From positions 62,001-126,000 of the forward strand of contig JAQGDQ010000243.1 of assembly GCA_030141605.1 (NCBI GenBank): a stretch of 64,000 bases of DNA, in the 5' to 3' direction. The notes beneath the pieces were generated by a model. The model searched no databases and was not told the DNA's origin. It saw only the letters and a list, made by a program, of their open reading frames with translations. This DNA comes from Tubiluchus corallicola (taxonomy: Eukaryota; Animalia; Priapulida). Positions 50,544-63,600 of this stretch are shown piece after piece. The stretch's first letter is position 1; every line of letters begins with the position of its first letter. A program made the translations under genes and the position numbers.

Positions 50544-51856
50544 TACATGCGTCTATAGTTTACAAGAATGTATGTAAGTTAACTTTACTGAAGCGGCTAA
50601 TATTTTGTGCAGTCACGAGGAGCGCACAATCAGTACATGCAGGTTAGCAATTCCAAATCGGTGCAACTCGATTTGGAGAAGAAAATTAATGTCTAATTCA
50701 GCGCATGAAAAGTTTTACAGAATGATTTTGTCTTGGTCCACTGCAAGATACAGGGGAAAATTTGTCAAAATCAACATCAACGTCTCGATGAATAATTCAT
50801 CAGCATAAAAGAATACGCCTCTCTCCTAAAAACTTAGGATTCAGAAACTCCTGACACTTAGGTTATAGCATTTAAATTAAATTACATCTAAATCATCATA
50901 ATCTCGTCGTCGTCGTCGTCATCATCATCATCGTCATCGTCAACGTATATAGTAGATGTAGAAATAACGTCAGCGTTGGGCTGCCTGCCATAAACATTTC
51001 AACATTATAATCAATTTTGAGTCGCATTTTAATTTAGAAAAGTAAAGAAAAAAATGCAAACAGCAAAGCATTAATCCAACGCTAGCAGACATAAATATAA
51101 TTATTTTTCTCCTTAGATTCCTACTCTGCTTTTATAAAACACTACAATGAAAAGACGAAAACGTATGCAAATTTCCAACATCACAACAATTTTAATTTGA
51201 ATTTATTTTGTAAACTGCTTCAACTGAGAAAAATTGAATTAAATTTAACGAGTCAATCTTAAAACAGCGCAAAAATTTCGATTTTTAAAACAAAAAAGTA
51301 CGGCTAGATCAGCTCCAATTATAAAACAACCATTAATTAAACCCCATAAATCTATAACATACAGTTTCAAATACCCAGTCTTACAGTCGTTTATTTTTTC
51401 TGAAAACTATATTGATTTGTGCATACTTTTGCAAGACAAGGACGACAACTGGGTGGTCAAAGCATCCGCTTAGCAGACGAATTAGTTTGTAAAATAGACC
51501 ATAAGGAAAACCGATTTTAGGCGGTTAGGCATACCAGTTACTAATTCTACCTCCGGCCGAATTAACCACAACTGCGTCTAGCTAGTAATAGTTGGATAGC
51601 AACGAGGAAAATTTATTCTGATATCTGGCCGGTGACGTACAGGTCTGCATGTCAGTCACACTGCACCTTGCTAGTTTTCTTGATGAAACAAAATCTATAT
51701 ACACGTAAACGCAGTTAAGACATCTCTGTCGATTCAGTATCTTTTCTTAAACTTACTTTGATAATTAAGAAGGTATCATCCCTGCTACAACCAAAACAAT
51801 AAGTACTTTCTTGAATACCAACTGCGCGTGCACGTGTTAAGTGTATGCACAAACTG

Positions 51857-51870
51857 CCGCTAGATGGCAG
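51857..51870 (+). promoter_or_regulatory. CTCF-like motif
   Basis: CCGCTAGATGGCAG is close to the consensus CCASYAGRKGGCRS. Motif match only. Confidence 0.35.
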
Positions 51871-52419
51871 TAAACTATCAGAGCTAAACCAGCAGCGAAA
51901 CTTACTACTGGGCGAATTGCCAAGAGTGTACGCTCAGCACACTGTACGCTGCCTTACTATAAAAGTTTAATGATGATCTCAAAAATAATGAAACGTGTGG
52001 TAAAAATATTTGAAAATTCGATTGAAGCCTTATTAAAGAACGCATTTCGTCTGCACGTTAACTGACTCTATATAAAACTGAATTTTTATAGGTATAGAAA
52101 TAAGTTTATACATATGACATTTAAAACATGAGCACAAAACAAACATTACAAATCGATACCGATAATGACCAAGAAGCCCTATAATTTGCTATAGTAAAAT
52201 TTCATGGTCGTACCATAAAATTATTGTAATATAATCGAAACATCAAACGCTTTTAAAATTGAAATCACGAAAAAAGAATTTACTCAGAAATTAACTTCGT
52301 AAAATACGAAATAAGTTAAATTAATTTAAAATAGAAAACAGCCAAACGAGATCAATAAAATCTCTTATATGATGTTATGTACCCTGCAATGTCTGTATTT
52401 CTAATCCTGTAACACAGGC

Positions 52420-53355
52420 TCAGCGAAAGCTTATTCGTCTTAAATAAGTGTTTACACTTCTCTTGCAATTTCTACTGCCTATTTGTTTCAAATGTTCTCT
52501 GGTCATCTGTTGTTGTTGTTGTTGTTTTTGTCGCAGTGGCTGATTCAGCTGTTGTTGCTGCTGATGCTTTCTTTGTTGTTGTTGTTGTTGTTCACGTCCA
52601 ACTGGAGGCTCCCAGTCGTCGCTCAGCTCTTTCAGCAACTCCTCTGAAACATCCATATCTATTTGGGATTCATCTTTGCAAGTTTTAAAAACTTTAAGTT
52701 TCTTACTGCTATTCCCAGTAATTGAAAGCTGCTCGTCCCCACGGGTAAATGGAACAGTTTTTGGAATTATAAGCGAAACAGTGCCATTAGTTTTCTGTGC
52801 TTGCAACTCAGTATCAGCTTCATCCACATCATTTTGCATAACATTCGACTCTATCGTTGAACTGGAACTTTCTTTTTCTTTGTGTAGTTTCTCCAGGCAT
52901 TTGTTTAATTCTTCCACTCGCTCTTTATACTCTGTCACTTTACTACTGGCTGAAGCTTTGCGATGTAGTGCTCCATTATGCAAGTTATAACTGGCAATGA
53001 ATTGTTCAACTTCCTTTAAAAAAGTCTGCAATTCGATACTGTCACTCTTTTCTACATTTCCTAGTTTTTCCAACAGGCTTTTTCCCTCTTTGTCCACTTC
53101 ACTTTTCTGAACAAGCAACGTTTGCTTTTTAACTTCTAACAATTTCAGACTCTCTTCTTCTTCTATTAGTTGCAAGTTTTTAGCAGCAATTGTGCGCTCT
53201 AGTTCTTCGAGTTTATCTTCTAAACTTTTCCGTTTGCTTTCCATTGTTTCTTGCAAGCTCTTAATTTCACTGAGTGTATTTCTCTTCTCACGACCCTTGT
53301 TTTCTGATTCAATAATTTGTCGAAAAAACTCGTCTAACTCGGCCGAGCTTGCCAT
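52420..53355 (-). CDS. CCDC172: Coiled-coil protein, CCDC172-like, single coding exon, 311 aa
   Basis: 936-bp ORF starting at ATG. LDEFFRQIIESE, LKLLEVKKQTL and FLKEVEQFIASYNL recall vertebrate CCDC172 (LESLFQHIIFTE, FIKEITDFNNDYEI; recalled from memory, not searched). PolyQ near the C-terminus. Confidence 0.8.
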   Translation of the reverse strand: MASSAELDEFFRQIIESENKGREKRNTLSEIKSLQETMESKRKSLEDKLEELERTIAAKNLQLIEEEESLKLLEVKKQTLLVQKSEVDKEGKSLLEKLGNVEKSDSIELQTFLKEVEQFIASYNLHNGALHRKASASSKVTEYKERVEELNKCLEKLHKEKESSSSTIESNVMQNDVDEADTELQAQKTNGTVSLIIPKTVPFTRGDEQLSITGNSSKKLKVFKTCKDESQIDMDVSEELLKELSDDWEPPVGREQQQQQQRKHQQQQQLNQPLRQKQQQQQQMTREHLKQIGSRNCKRSVNTYLRRISFR

Positions 53356-54533
53356 CGCTTCTATGTAAATTGTATTACAGTTAGCTACAGTGCTGCAAAT
53401 GTAAACAATTTATTTAATTGCAGTTAACTGACTAACAATTTATATTACATTAATATACATAATTTATAATACATTAACAATTAATGTAAACTGAATGCTT
53501 AGCACTACACTTTAACATTACCCTAATATTTGTACAACATCAGGAAAAATTCTACCGTTCTGACTGACTGAAATCCATATCTCAATTATTTTGCAATATA
53601 CCAGTTATTACCGGTTTACTAGTGGTTAAGCGTAACCATAACTAAGGTGTGCCATTTGTCAAAATTCGTCATTGTGTGTGTTTTTTGTTGTTACAAACAA
53701 GCTTGTCCTGAAATAACTTGTTTGCTTACTTCACTTACTTAACTGAGTGAAGAATCGTTTTGTCAATCTGATTTGGAGTCAACCCTGTGATCTCTTACTC
53801 ATCGAAGGTCTGAAATTTATATAAGCCTCTTCTATGGTTATGCAAGGCGCTCTCGGAATCCCTCATCTTTGGTTCTAAACGCCGACTGATTCCTCAGAGC
53901 ACTTTGCTGCTGGTTTCCATATTTCACCAAAAATATTGCTAGAATAATAACAACTTAATCCACTGGGCTCGTTATCTAGGGGATTTTTTGCCAGAAAATT
54001 GCTTTCCTGTTAATTACAATTTCCCTTGCTTCAAGAAAATTAGTTATATTCATGCATGTTGGCCTAACTGTAACTTCTTACTTTGATCGACGCCCAACTG
54101 GCGCGAGCAATCCTTCATAAATAAAAGACATTGATCAAAAGGTCATCAAAACTGTAGTATCACGATTATGGAATGTGGCAAAAAAATAAAAATAAAACGA
54201 ACACAGTTTTGTGAGCCAGCATTTCTAATGTATAAATATGGAAATCTTTTATGTGCAAATAAAAATTAGTATTAATTTCATTCTTATTGTTTTATGAAAC
54301 CACACTCTCAAGTCACAATAATTACGAGTCTAAAGACTTGTAGCGAACCTAGTAAAAAAACAGCTTCGATTTACTTACTGCCTTACAAAACTATTATTGT
54401 ATTTTCTGGTAGTTGACATGTAACCAAGTTCAGTTTCTGACATGTTTGCAACTTTGCTTGTCCCACCATCCACAGCACTATTCGTGTACATAATTAATAG
54501 TACACTAGTCTGCAGGACATTATTTTTTACCTC

Positions 54534-54690
54534 CACGTGGCATGGTAACTGCGCCTCAACTGCAATATATACTAAAACTACGGTATTGAACTAAGCACAC
54601 TGTTGAAACAATTTTCACGTGGCATGGTAACTGCACCTCAACTGCAATATTTACTAAAACCACGGTATTAAACTAAACACACAGTTGAAA
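54534..54690. repeat. Tandem duplication, 2 x 82 bp
   Basis: CACGTGGCATGGTAACTGC starts at 54534 and 54616. Confidence 0.9.
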
Positions 54691-57013
54691 TAATTTTATA
54701 GACAAATTTATGATAAATTATCGGAAGACAAACGTTCAAAGTGTAAATTTTGCAATAACATCATCTATGACCTGTCTTCTTCAAAATCTCATTCCACCTG
54801 TTGTAGGCATTGAGGTATCAACATTTAACCGAGTATTCCACCCACTTCTGTCTGCTAAAAATTAAATGAGTACAGTCTTGCTTCAGCGCGCATGCACTGA
54901 CGTTACCTGTCGCCCTCTAACGACGAGATTCAGAAATTCGAAAGGCTGATAATAATAATAATTCGTTAGTGCAGTAAAGCCTTATAGACCATGAGAAACA
55001 GCACTTAAATAAGCAAAATTCTTATTTTACGTAAAAAATTTAGAGTATACTAAAACTTAAGTTAAAACTAGTCTAGCATCGTAAATAGTTCAAAATAACG
55101 ATTAATATTTAAAAAAAATTAAAGCCTTCAAATCTTCATGGTACATATAAGTGTAGTCCATTCATCAGAAACGTTTTAAAAACTACAAAAAAGAAAAACA
55201 CAATTTAAACAGTTTCCGGTAGGGCTAAGATGTATAGGTCTCCAGCTGAGCTAGAAATTTTATGAGTTTCTGACCTTATTAAAAAAACAAAAATTCAAAA
55301 CCATAATTATGTTGACCTATCTGCATGTAAGCCTATGGCAAGGCAATCATTGAAATATCTTTGACATGCACAAATGGACTTTATTAAATTGATAACTTTC
55401 ACTATCTGATTTTATTAGAATAATCAGTTTGGCCTGTCTACCTATGCTTTTAGGTTCAAACTGTATGCATCAAAATTATTGTGTATTGTGCAATTTACAC
55501 GTGCCTATGTTAGCTACTAAAGACCCTTTACTTGTATTATTTTGTATATGTATTTACTTTGCTGGATAATTGTCTGTATAATAGTGATATAATTGTAAGA
55601 TGCACTGTGAAAATGAATACCTACTTATGAAAAATCAACACCCTACGCATATATATGTCCGCATGCATATACAAATGTATATGTGTAGATTCTGCATGAA
55701 ACCAAGGCCTACTATATAAGTCTAGACATATACATTAAATAAATATACGCAGGTTGTTAGAAGTTCACTCTCGGTGATCCAGGCCTAGACAACGTAAAAT
55801 TCATGTTATGAGCTCACAGACAACGAAATAATTTTCTAATTTTTCCAATTTTGACAATACAAAAGATTTTCAAGAACTTAATTCTTTGCTATTAATTTAA
55901 TTATGATCTATTTCCCATTCTATTCTTTATTTTGTTCGAATAATATTTACTCACCATGCTGAAATTAGTAGACTCACTATTTAGGGATGGCAGACTAGAT
56001 GACCTTTTGGTATTTCGCCATCTCGCCATTCTTTAAACTTTGTAACTCATTGTTATATACTATCTATGATTGTTATTTTGAAGGCAAAAAAATAAATTAT
56101 TATTAATTATTACATAGGGGGCTTGTTAGTATTCGAACAAATTCTAGCATGGAGATTTGCCGCTTTCTAAAATAAACTTTTTAACTATCCAGATTTATAC
56201 GAAACCAAGTAAAAACCCACTGCCACAAAAAGAGGATAAAAATTAAAGGATACATCATAAACTTATATTAAAAATTGAACCAATACCGAATTCATTAATA
56301 TTCTACAACTACATTTACTATTAAAATGCACAATTATAAATTTATAATTTATATGTACAGTATGCGCTCATCGTGTTTGAAAAACTGATTAAGTAAATTG
56401 TGCTAGACTGAATTCGTCTAAATTGTCAAATTACTACAACAATTAAACAAACTTAACAATACGTATAGGCCTTTCTGTTTTATGTACTTGAAATCTGTTT
56501 AGTCGATTCAAAATCTATATTATTGGTGAGGTCACAATCATCATTCATTTCGAAGTAATGAAGTAATAATGAGGCCAGCTAATTAAACAAAACGTTATAT
56601 AAAATAAAATAGGCAAGCCATACAATTATACGAGAACACCACAATGGTTAAGCTTTACCAGTTAAAATTCATAACACTTGTAATCTAAGCAAACAAAATA
56701 ACCGACAGTATGCACTGACTAGGATGCTTACTAATTTCACATTAAATCATGTACTTACAAAAGCTTTACAAAGTATGATAGGCCTACAGAGGCATTATTA
56801 AATTTTTATAAACATACTTTACACATTTACACAGAAACTTAACAACTCGAATACAAAACATGATGTCTTACATTTGTAACTAATGTTTGAGGTCAAATGA
56901 TAAAACGTATACTATATACTAGTTAAAACAATCTAGCTTCTGTTTAAATTCTCATAATAATTGAGGTTAACATCACCTACATACATGATCACAAGTTAAA
57001 CATTTATCAAACA

Positions 57014-57420
57014 ATTAACAATTTTCGAAAAAAAACGCTTCTCTTTCGATCCGTTACAAGAGCTTTACAGTATTTGAAGTCAAAGCTATTGTAGGTAAAA
57101 TAGTGGCGAAAACAAGTGCAACAGAAGTATACAATTAATGGTAGTTCTATTTATAAAAATAAATACAAACACTATTATAATGCTAACACGATAACATTAA
57201 CACAATAATGAAATCAAATAATTAACAATTTTCGAAAAAAACGCTTCTCATTCGATCCGTTACAAGAGCTTTACAGTATTTGAAGTCAAAGCTATTGTAG
57301 GTAAAATAGTGGCGGAAAACAAGTGCAACAGAAGTATACAATTAATGGTAGTTCTATTTATAAAAATAAATACAAACACTATTATAATGCTAACACGATA
57401 ACATTAACACAATAATGAAA
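57014..57420. repeat. Tandem duplication, 2 x about 207 bp, in the presumptive 3' UTR
   Basis: ATTTTCGAAAA at 57021 and 57228; the two copies are nearly identical. Confidence 0.95.
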
Positions 57421-57609
57421 AAAATTGCGTAAATTTAAAAAAAAAGCTTACACGTTAAGCTATACATTTAATGCAACCATCAACATTACAATAAGCTCAC
57501 ACTATTATCAATCAAAATCACTGGTAAGAATTTTTTTCATTGCACAAAATCCATTAACTGCATAAAAAAACAATCACAAAGACCATGCAAGTTTTGATAT
57601 TTCCTCAAT

Positions 57610-60600
57610 TCAGAACAAATTTAGTTTCTCAATCCAGTTTGCATTTGCAGTAGCAGTAACTCCCTGGATAATATCACCAGAGGTGATTTCACTAACTGTA
57701 ATTTGTGTTTGCTCTGCTTGTGTTCCAAGCTGTGCACTGCTTTCAGAGGGGTTTGCATCAAGCAGTGGCAGCACTGACCACACATTCACGCTGTTTTCTG
57801 CAACAGTTTGTTGTTGATTTCCATTAGCTGTGGCATTTTGATGATAACTGTCACTGAAACCAGGAAATAGACTTTCATAGTACGACTGACGAGGTTGCTG
57901 GTCTAATTGGGTAACAGTAGGAAGAACCTGGCTTGGTGGCAAAGAAAGAATTTGTGAAGTTCTTGAAGCCCAGTCCACCCAAAAATCTCTTGCGTTTTCC
58001 TTAGAATTCATCAACTGAGAAAATGGATCATTGACTGGAGCAGCCTGAATCTGCAACTGGCCAACATTAGATATACTTTGAGCAGCTGAAGTCAACCATT
58101 CATTATCCAAATTTGTTTCAGAATTCAAAATATTCTGTGGCGACACATGCAAGTTGCCATTAAAGTTGTCTCCCTGAATTGCACTTGGTGAGTCATTCTG
58201 AGAACAAGACATGGGTTTAAGGGTTTGCAAAGAAGATTCTGAATTACTACTATTGCTAAGTGGTGAAGAAATCCAACTAGGCACAGTATTTTCAGAAGAC
58301 TGAACAGAAGGATGTAGTGTTTGACTTAGGACAGTATCATCAGTTCTGTGGCTGACATCACTACCACCGTCCTCCCCATTCCTAACATGTTCTGACTGGT
58401 GAACTGCTGCCATATCATTAGGAACGGAAGTCCTTTCAGCAAAAAGGTCATCAGGAAGCATGTTTTCTAAACTTACATCGTCACTTACAAGTGATTTTAC
58501 GGCCTCCTCAACAATATCAGTTGGAAAAACTAATTCATCATTTTCTGCCCAATTCTGCGACTCGAAGACATCATCTATAACAGAAATTACACTTGGAGTG
58601 GCAGGAGGTTGCCCAATGGTCAAATCTCTTGAGGACAACCTACGTCTTCTTCGCCCGGAATGACCCTCTTCAGCATAACCATGTTTGGTCAATTTTTGCT
58701 TTTTTGCGGAACTTATACTAGCTCTCATATCATCAAGGTCCTGTACATTTATCGTGCTAAACTTTTTTCTTTTTGTTGATGATACAATCTGCTTTTGAAC
58801 TTTATATTTGTCATGTTTTTTAACACTGTGGACTTCAAAAATATTTGTAGATGCTAAAATAGCTTTGAATTCTTTCTTAGCCCTTCTCTTATGAAATGCT
58901 AATTCTGTAGCATCAGCTCTTTTTCGCATATCAAGTGTCACGAAATGTGATAAGAGATGCCTTCTTAGACAATCTTCACGGAGGAAGGTCTCTTCACACA
59001 TAGAGCATTTTAGTAAGGTGCCAGTGTGAGCACGGCAATGACGCGCCAAATGAATTTTATTTAGAAATCGGGCATCGCAGAATTGACAGAGAAGGCCATT
59101 CGTTCTTTTGTGTACAATCATGTGATCAATTAAATGATTTTTTTGCCGAAAATTCTGTGGGCAATGAGCACACTGAAAATCTTTTTTATATAAAGGACTG
59201 CTTACAGGAGATAGGTCTTCATCTGTAAACTCACTAGTAAGTTTTGGTCTCCCTAATTTCGCCTGTTTTGCAGCTTCTTTACCCAATTGCCGATCAGGTA
59301 CATGTTTTGACATTTTCAATGCCTTTCCAGAATAATTTCTAATTTCAAGTGATGACGAAGAAACTTTTTGCTTTCGTTTTACTTTATTTTGTGCAAACTT
59401 TGTAGGTCTTCCAATGCTAACATCATCATCAGATGTAATATCTGAAAATAATTTCTTCAACTTTGTGTCAACTGCATTCTTCTGCATTCTAATTTTCATC
59501 TTTAGCGGTTGAGGATCTTCATTATCCTTAGCAGTATTTATGACTCCAAACTGCTTTGATCGACGACATATTTTTCGAATTTTGTTATAAGGCTTATGAT
59601 CATCAGGCTCTTCCAAACTCGTTTTTGCCGAACTTATCTTTTTCCTCCATTGATTGGTCCTTCCGTGTACTCTATCATACAAAGAAGAAGGTGGAATCCC
59701 ATGTTTTCTGCCTGCTTGTGATACGGACATTCCATTTTCTCCTACATCACGAAGTGCAGCTAACATCTGTGCAACAGTCCAGCTCCGCTGCCTGCCTCTA
59801 TGACGACCCACAATATTTTCAAGACCAAGGCTAGGTAAATCAGTGCCATTCACAGCTTTTCCTTTACTCACGTTGGAATGAAACACATTAGCACATTCAG
59901 ATGCAAAATTGGGGGAAACTTCTTCATTGGCTAAGCTTTTTGACCCTAACTCGCATTTTTCAGTTTCACCTTGTGTATGACTTTGATTAGAATTGTGACG
60001 TTTTGAAGTACGACGACGGCGAGGTACCATGGATTTTGAAAATAGGAAAGTACATTTTTGCTTTGTCGGACAATGTACAGACTCAGGTGTCGCATTTACA
60101 TCAACAGCGCTACTCGAAACATCTTTGACTTGCTTGTCTTCCTTATGACTTTTTGTTAGTTTGGCTCCGTCTGCCAAACCTTCAACCACGTGATCGGTAT
60201 CTGTAGTTAAAGTTTTTGCTGTTCCCTCAGGTGTGTGCCTGCTACTGAATTTGCTTGGGGCAATTATTCTAGATTTTAACACTGGTATTCGAGTCTTTCT
60301 CAGGGTATTCTTTCCTTCTTGTTCTGTTTTATGCTCTGTAACAGATGGTGGGTGGGCTTGTTCAACTTGGTTATCATTATTATCAGTGGAATTTTGTGCA
60401 ACATGTCTCTCTGATGGCATCCTAAACTGTCGAAGTGAAGGCCGAATAAGCGTGCTAGGTTCTTCATTACTATCTTCATTATAATTCTCCATCTGATTCA
60501 TTATATCAAAAATACTGCGTCTAGGTACATCAAAGATACAGTTGCTAGACTGCCCAAGTTCAGTTGTACAGCAGACAGATGTGTCGTAATGATCGATGCC

Positions 60601-63600
60601 TCTTATTGGCGATAATACAATAGACAGTTCTCGTAAATTTGCACAGGAATTAGACAACAAAGATGGAGAGAGGCAACTGCCCTTCATTAACAGTTCATCA
60701 CTTTGTACTTTCTTTCTACTATAGTCTTTCATAGGTATATCTGAAACTATTTTATCTGACTCTGGTTCATCACCATAAATGGCTTGGTCAAATTGATGTG
60801 AAAATAGTAATTTGCCATTGCTGCTGTTCTGTGGCACAGTCCTTATTCTCTTAAAAAGATTTACTAAAGGCACCTTGTAAAATCTAGCTGCAATCATTGG
60901 TGTCATCTTTTTCAGGCGTACAGCCTCAACAGCAGAACGTAAATTTTTTTCAGTCTTAACTCTGTGCAAAAAAGAAGACAGTGTTAAACCACACTGTTTT
61001 GCACCTTCGAAAATTGAGCCTTTTCCCTCAACAACACTTTGCACAGACATGCACGTAAGTTTCCGTTTTCTAGATAGCGTCGCAGACTTAAATTCATCAA
61101 GCTTCATGACCAAGTTGCCATTCTTACTTTTACACTTTTTGTCGTCTTCGATAATATGAGTTTCTTTTAATACATTGACGTCTCCACCACATCCATCTGC
61201 AAGCTTTGGATACAATCCTTTAGAAATGTGATCATCCAACTGCTCCAATGAGTCTGCCTCACTCTCAGAAGCTACATGACTTGCATCAAATCTCCGTTCA
61301 TTATCATAATTCTTTCGAGGTATTTTTCCATTTGCTTGAACACCTTTGAAACATTTCGATTTTTCAACTTCACTTTTCCTTTCAGTTTGCATTTCTTTTT
61401 CTTCCAGCAAACTGCAGTCATTTCTTTCAAAACTGTTATCATCAATCAAAGCAGTTACAGTATCAAGTTCGCCATCACAATTTGTTGTGTCAACAAATAA
61501 CCACTTGTTTTGGTAAGAATCGTCATTTTCCAAATGCTCATTTTCTGTTACTAACTCTGGGCTTGATTCAGACACTGCCTTGTCAAAACAGTTTGCTATT
61601 TCCTCCACAATATTTTGTTCAGTATGCAGAACATTTTTAATACACGTGTCTTCACAGGTTTTCGGCACCTGTTTCGGATCCAAACCATTAAAGTAACCAC
61701 AAACATTGACAGTTTCTCCATTTTTCACTAACTCGTACTTATTTGCTAGATCACCAATGTCGCGTGCTGACGAGTGTGCCTCATTATCAAGTTCAAACAT
61801 TCTGCCTCCATCGGTCTTATTTTCTACTGCCAAGTTAACATAATTTAATTTCCTCACTTTCTTGCCACACCGAAGTTTCAATTTTTGTTGCTGATGGAGA
61901 TCGCCAAGTGCTCTCACATTCAAGCTTGTTTGAAATTCATCAGTACTTATCGGCTTTTGACCAATCTTATGGCCAGACTGTTTTAATGGGGACTTTTTAG
62001 TATACAGGATACAAACTTCTGGAGACTCCTGACCTGTATGCATGTAGTCCTTTTGACATGAACTCCCAGCATGAGTTGAAAGAAACTTCAAATCATCTTC
62101 ATAATCACTGCTATCCTTCATGCTATCCTTTACCCTAGAATCTAGTTTGCAGTTACCACAGTTATTTTTCAAAATGGAGTAAACACCCTCTTCAGCATCT
62201 GACAGATTTTGTATAGCATACTGATACAAACTATCTTCACTTTCGCTGCAACTTTCATCATCTGTAAGCATTAGCTCGTTATGATACCATTTCGTGAATT
62301 CACTATTGCATTCATTTGAATCAACTTTCAAGTAACCTGTGCAGCAAATTCTGTTGGATGTGCTCTCTTCTGCCACAATATCTGCAGGTGCAACAGTTGT
62401 TTTGAATGCAGGATCATGACTCTCTGGCAACATACGGGTCATTTCTTGTTCTCTTGACGTCTTGTCAACAGAACACAATCCCAGGTTAAGATCAACGTTA
62501 CTTTCAGTGTCACTGTCATTATTCTGAATGCCTAATGCTTTATTTTTCAAGATAAATCCTGCATCATGATTAACAAAGTTTTTAATGTCATTGGTTCTGA
62601 CAGGAGTATTATCATATAATTTAGCAAAAGCGAGCTCATCTTTTCCAACATCAAAGTTGTTTACTCTCTGATCTGTTTTCTCTCTTTCAGCTTCATTATA
62701 AGTACACGGCACTGTATCTTCAAGATCATCTTCATTTGTGAGATCATTTATGCTTCTGATTGTCATTTTGCATGTCTCATAATGTTCTTCATTCATAGCA
62801 CGTTCATGGTTTTCACAATGACCAGAATTATGATGATCAAATTCTGCTTCCATATTTCTTCCTGAAGCAACTTCATTCAATAAACTGTCAGGCTGAGATC
62901 TTTTATCAAATCCAACCATGTCACTTGTAATACTGTTTTCACATGATTCATGCTCAAGTGCTGATGTATTAACATCATCATGGACTGGTAACCCAATTTT
63001 GTTACCACAGCTCAGATTGCTTTCAAAATTGGCTAGTGCACTTGTTTTCTTTTGCGTATGATTTCCATACACACCACTGCAATTTATCATTGGCTCATCA
63101 CTACCAGAATGTACTGGGGTTACAGCTTCATATGTAAAACATCCTCTTTTAGAAATATGATGTAGCACTTCATGATTACTTTCAAAAGTATTTGATGTGG
63201 CATTATTGTTGTCAGAATGTTCTGATGAGACATTACAACATTCATTGTTCTCTGGCACTACGCAACTTTGACTCAATGATGAAATACTGAACTCTGACAG
63301 AAGGTTTTCGTTGAATAAACGACTTCCAAAATGGTCCTCACTCATAGTACCCCTGTCAAGCTTTCTTCCACCTGCATCACAACCTCTAAAAGGGTCTAAC
63401 ATTGCACTTTCTATTCCACAATGTACAGGTGTTATAGCTTCATATAGAAAATGAATAACCTCTTTACCATCTACAGGCATTTCTGATGCCATATCACCAC
63501 TTTTAGCATGCAAACTTTCCACTTTATCATCTTCAATCTGCTGTGACACTTTATTAGCAGCCTCAGGACATTCCTGATGTCCATTACATTTCATAGTATC

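Larger units (their letters stand above)
48755..50761. mobile_element. About 2-kb segment bounded by about 210-bp inverted repeats
   Basis: 48755-48964 is the near reverse complement of 50552-50761. Confidence 0.75.

Noticed and set aside
52676-61500. Plus-strand ORFs at 52676, 58460, 59556, 60233 and 61276
   Set aside because: They are short antisense shadows of the two real minus-strand CDSs.
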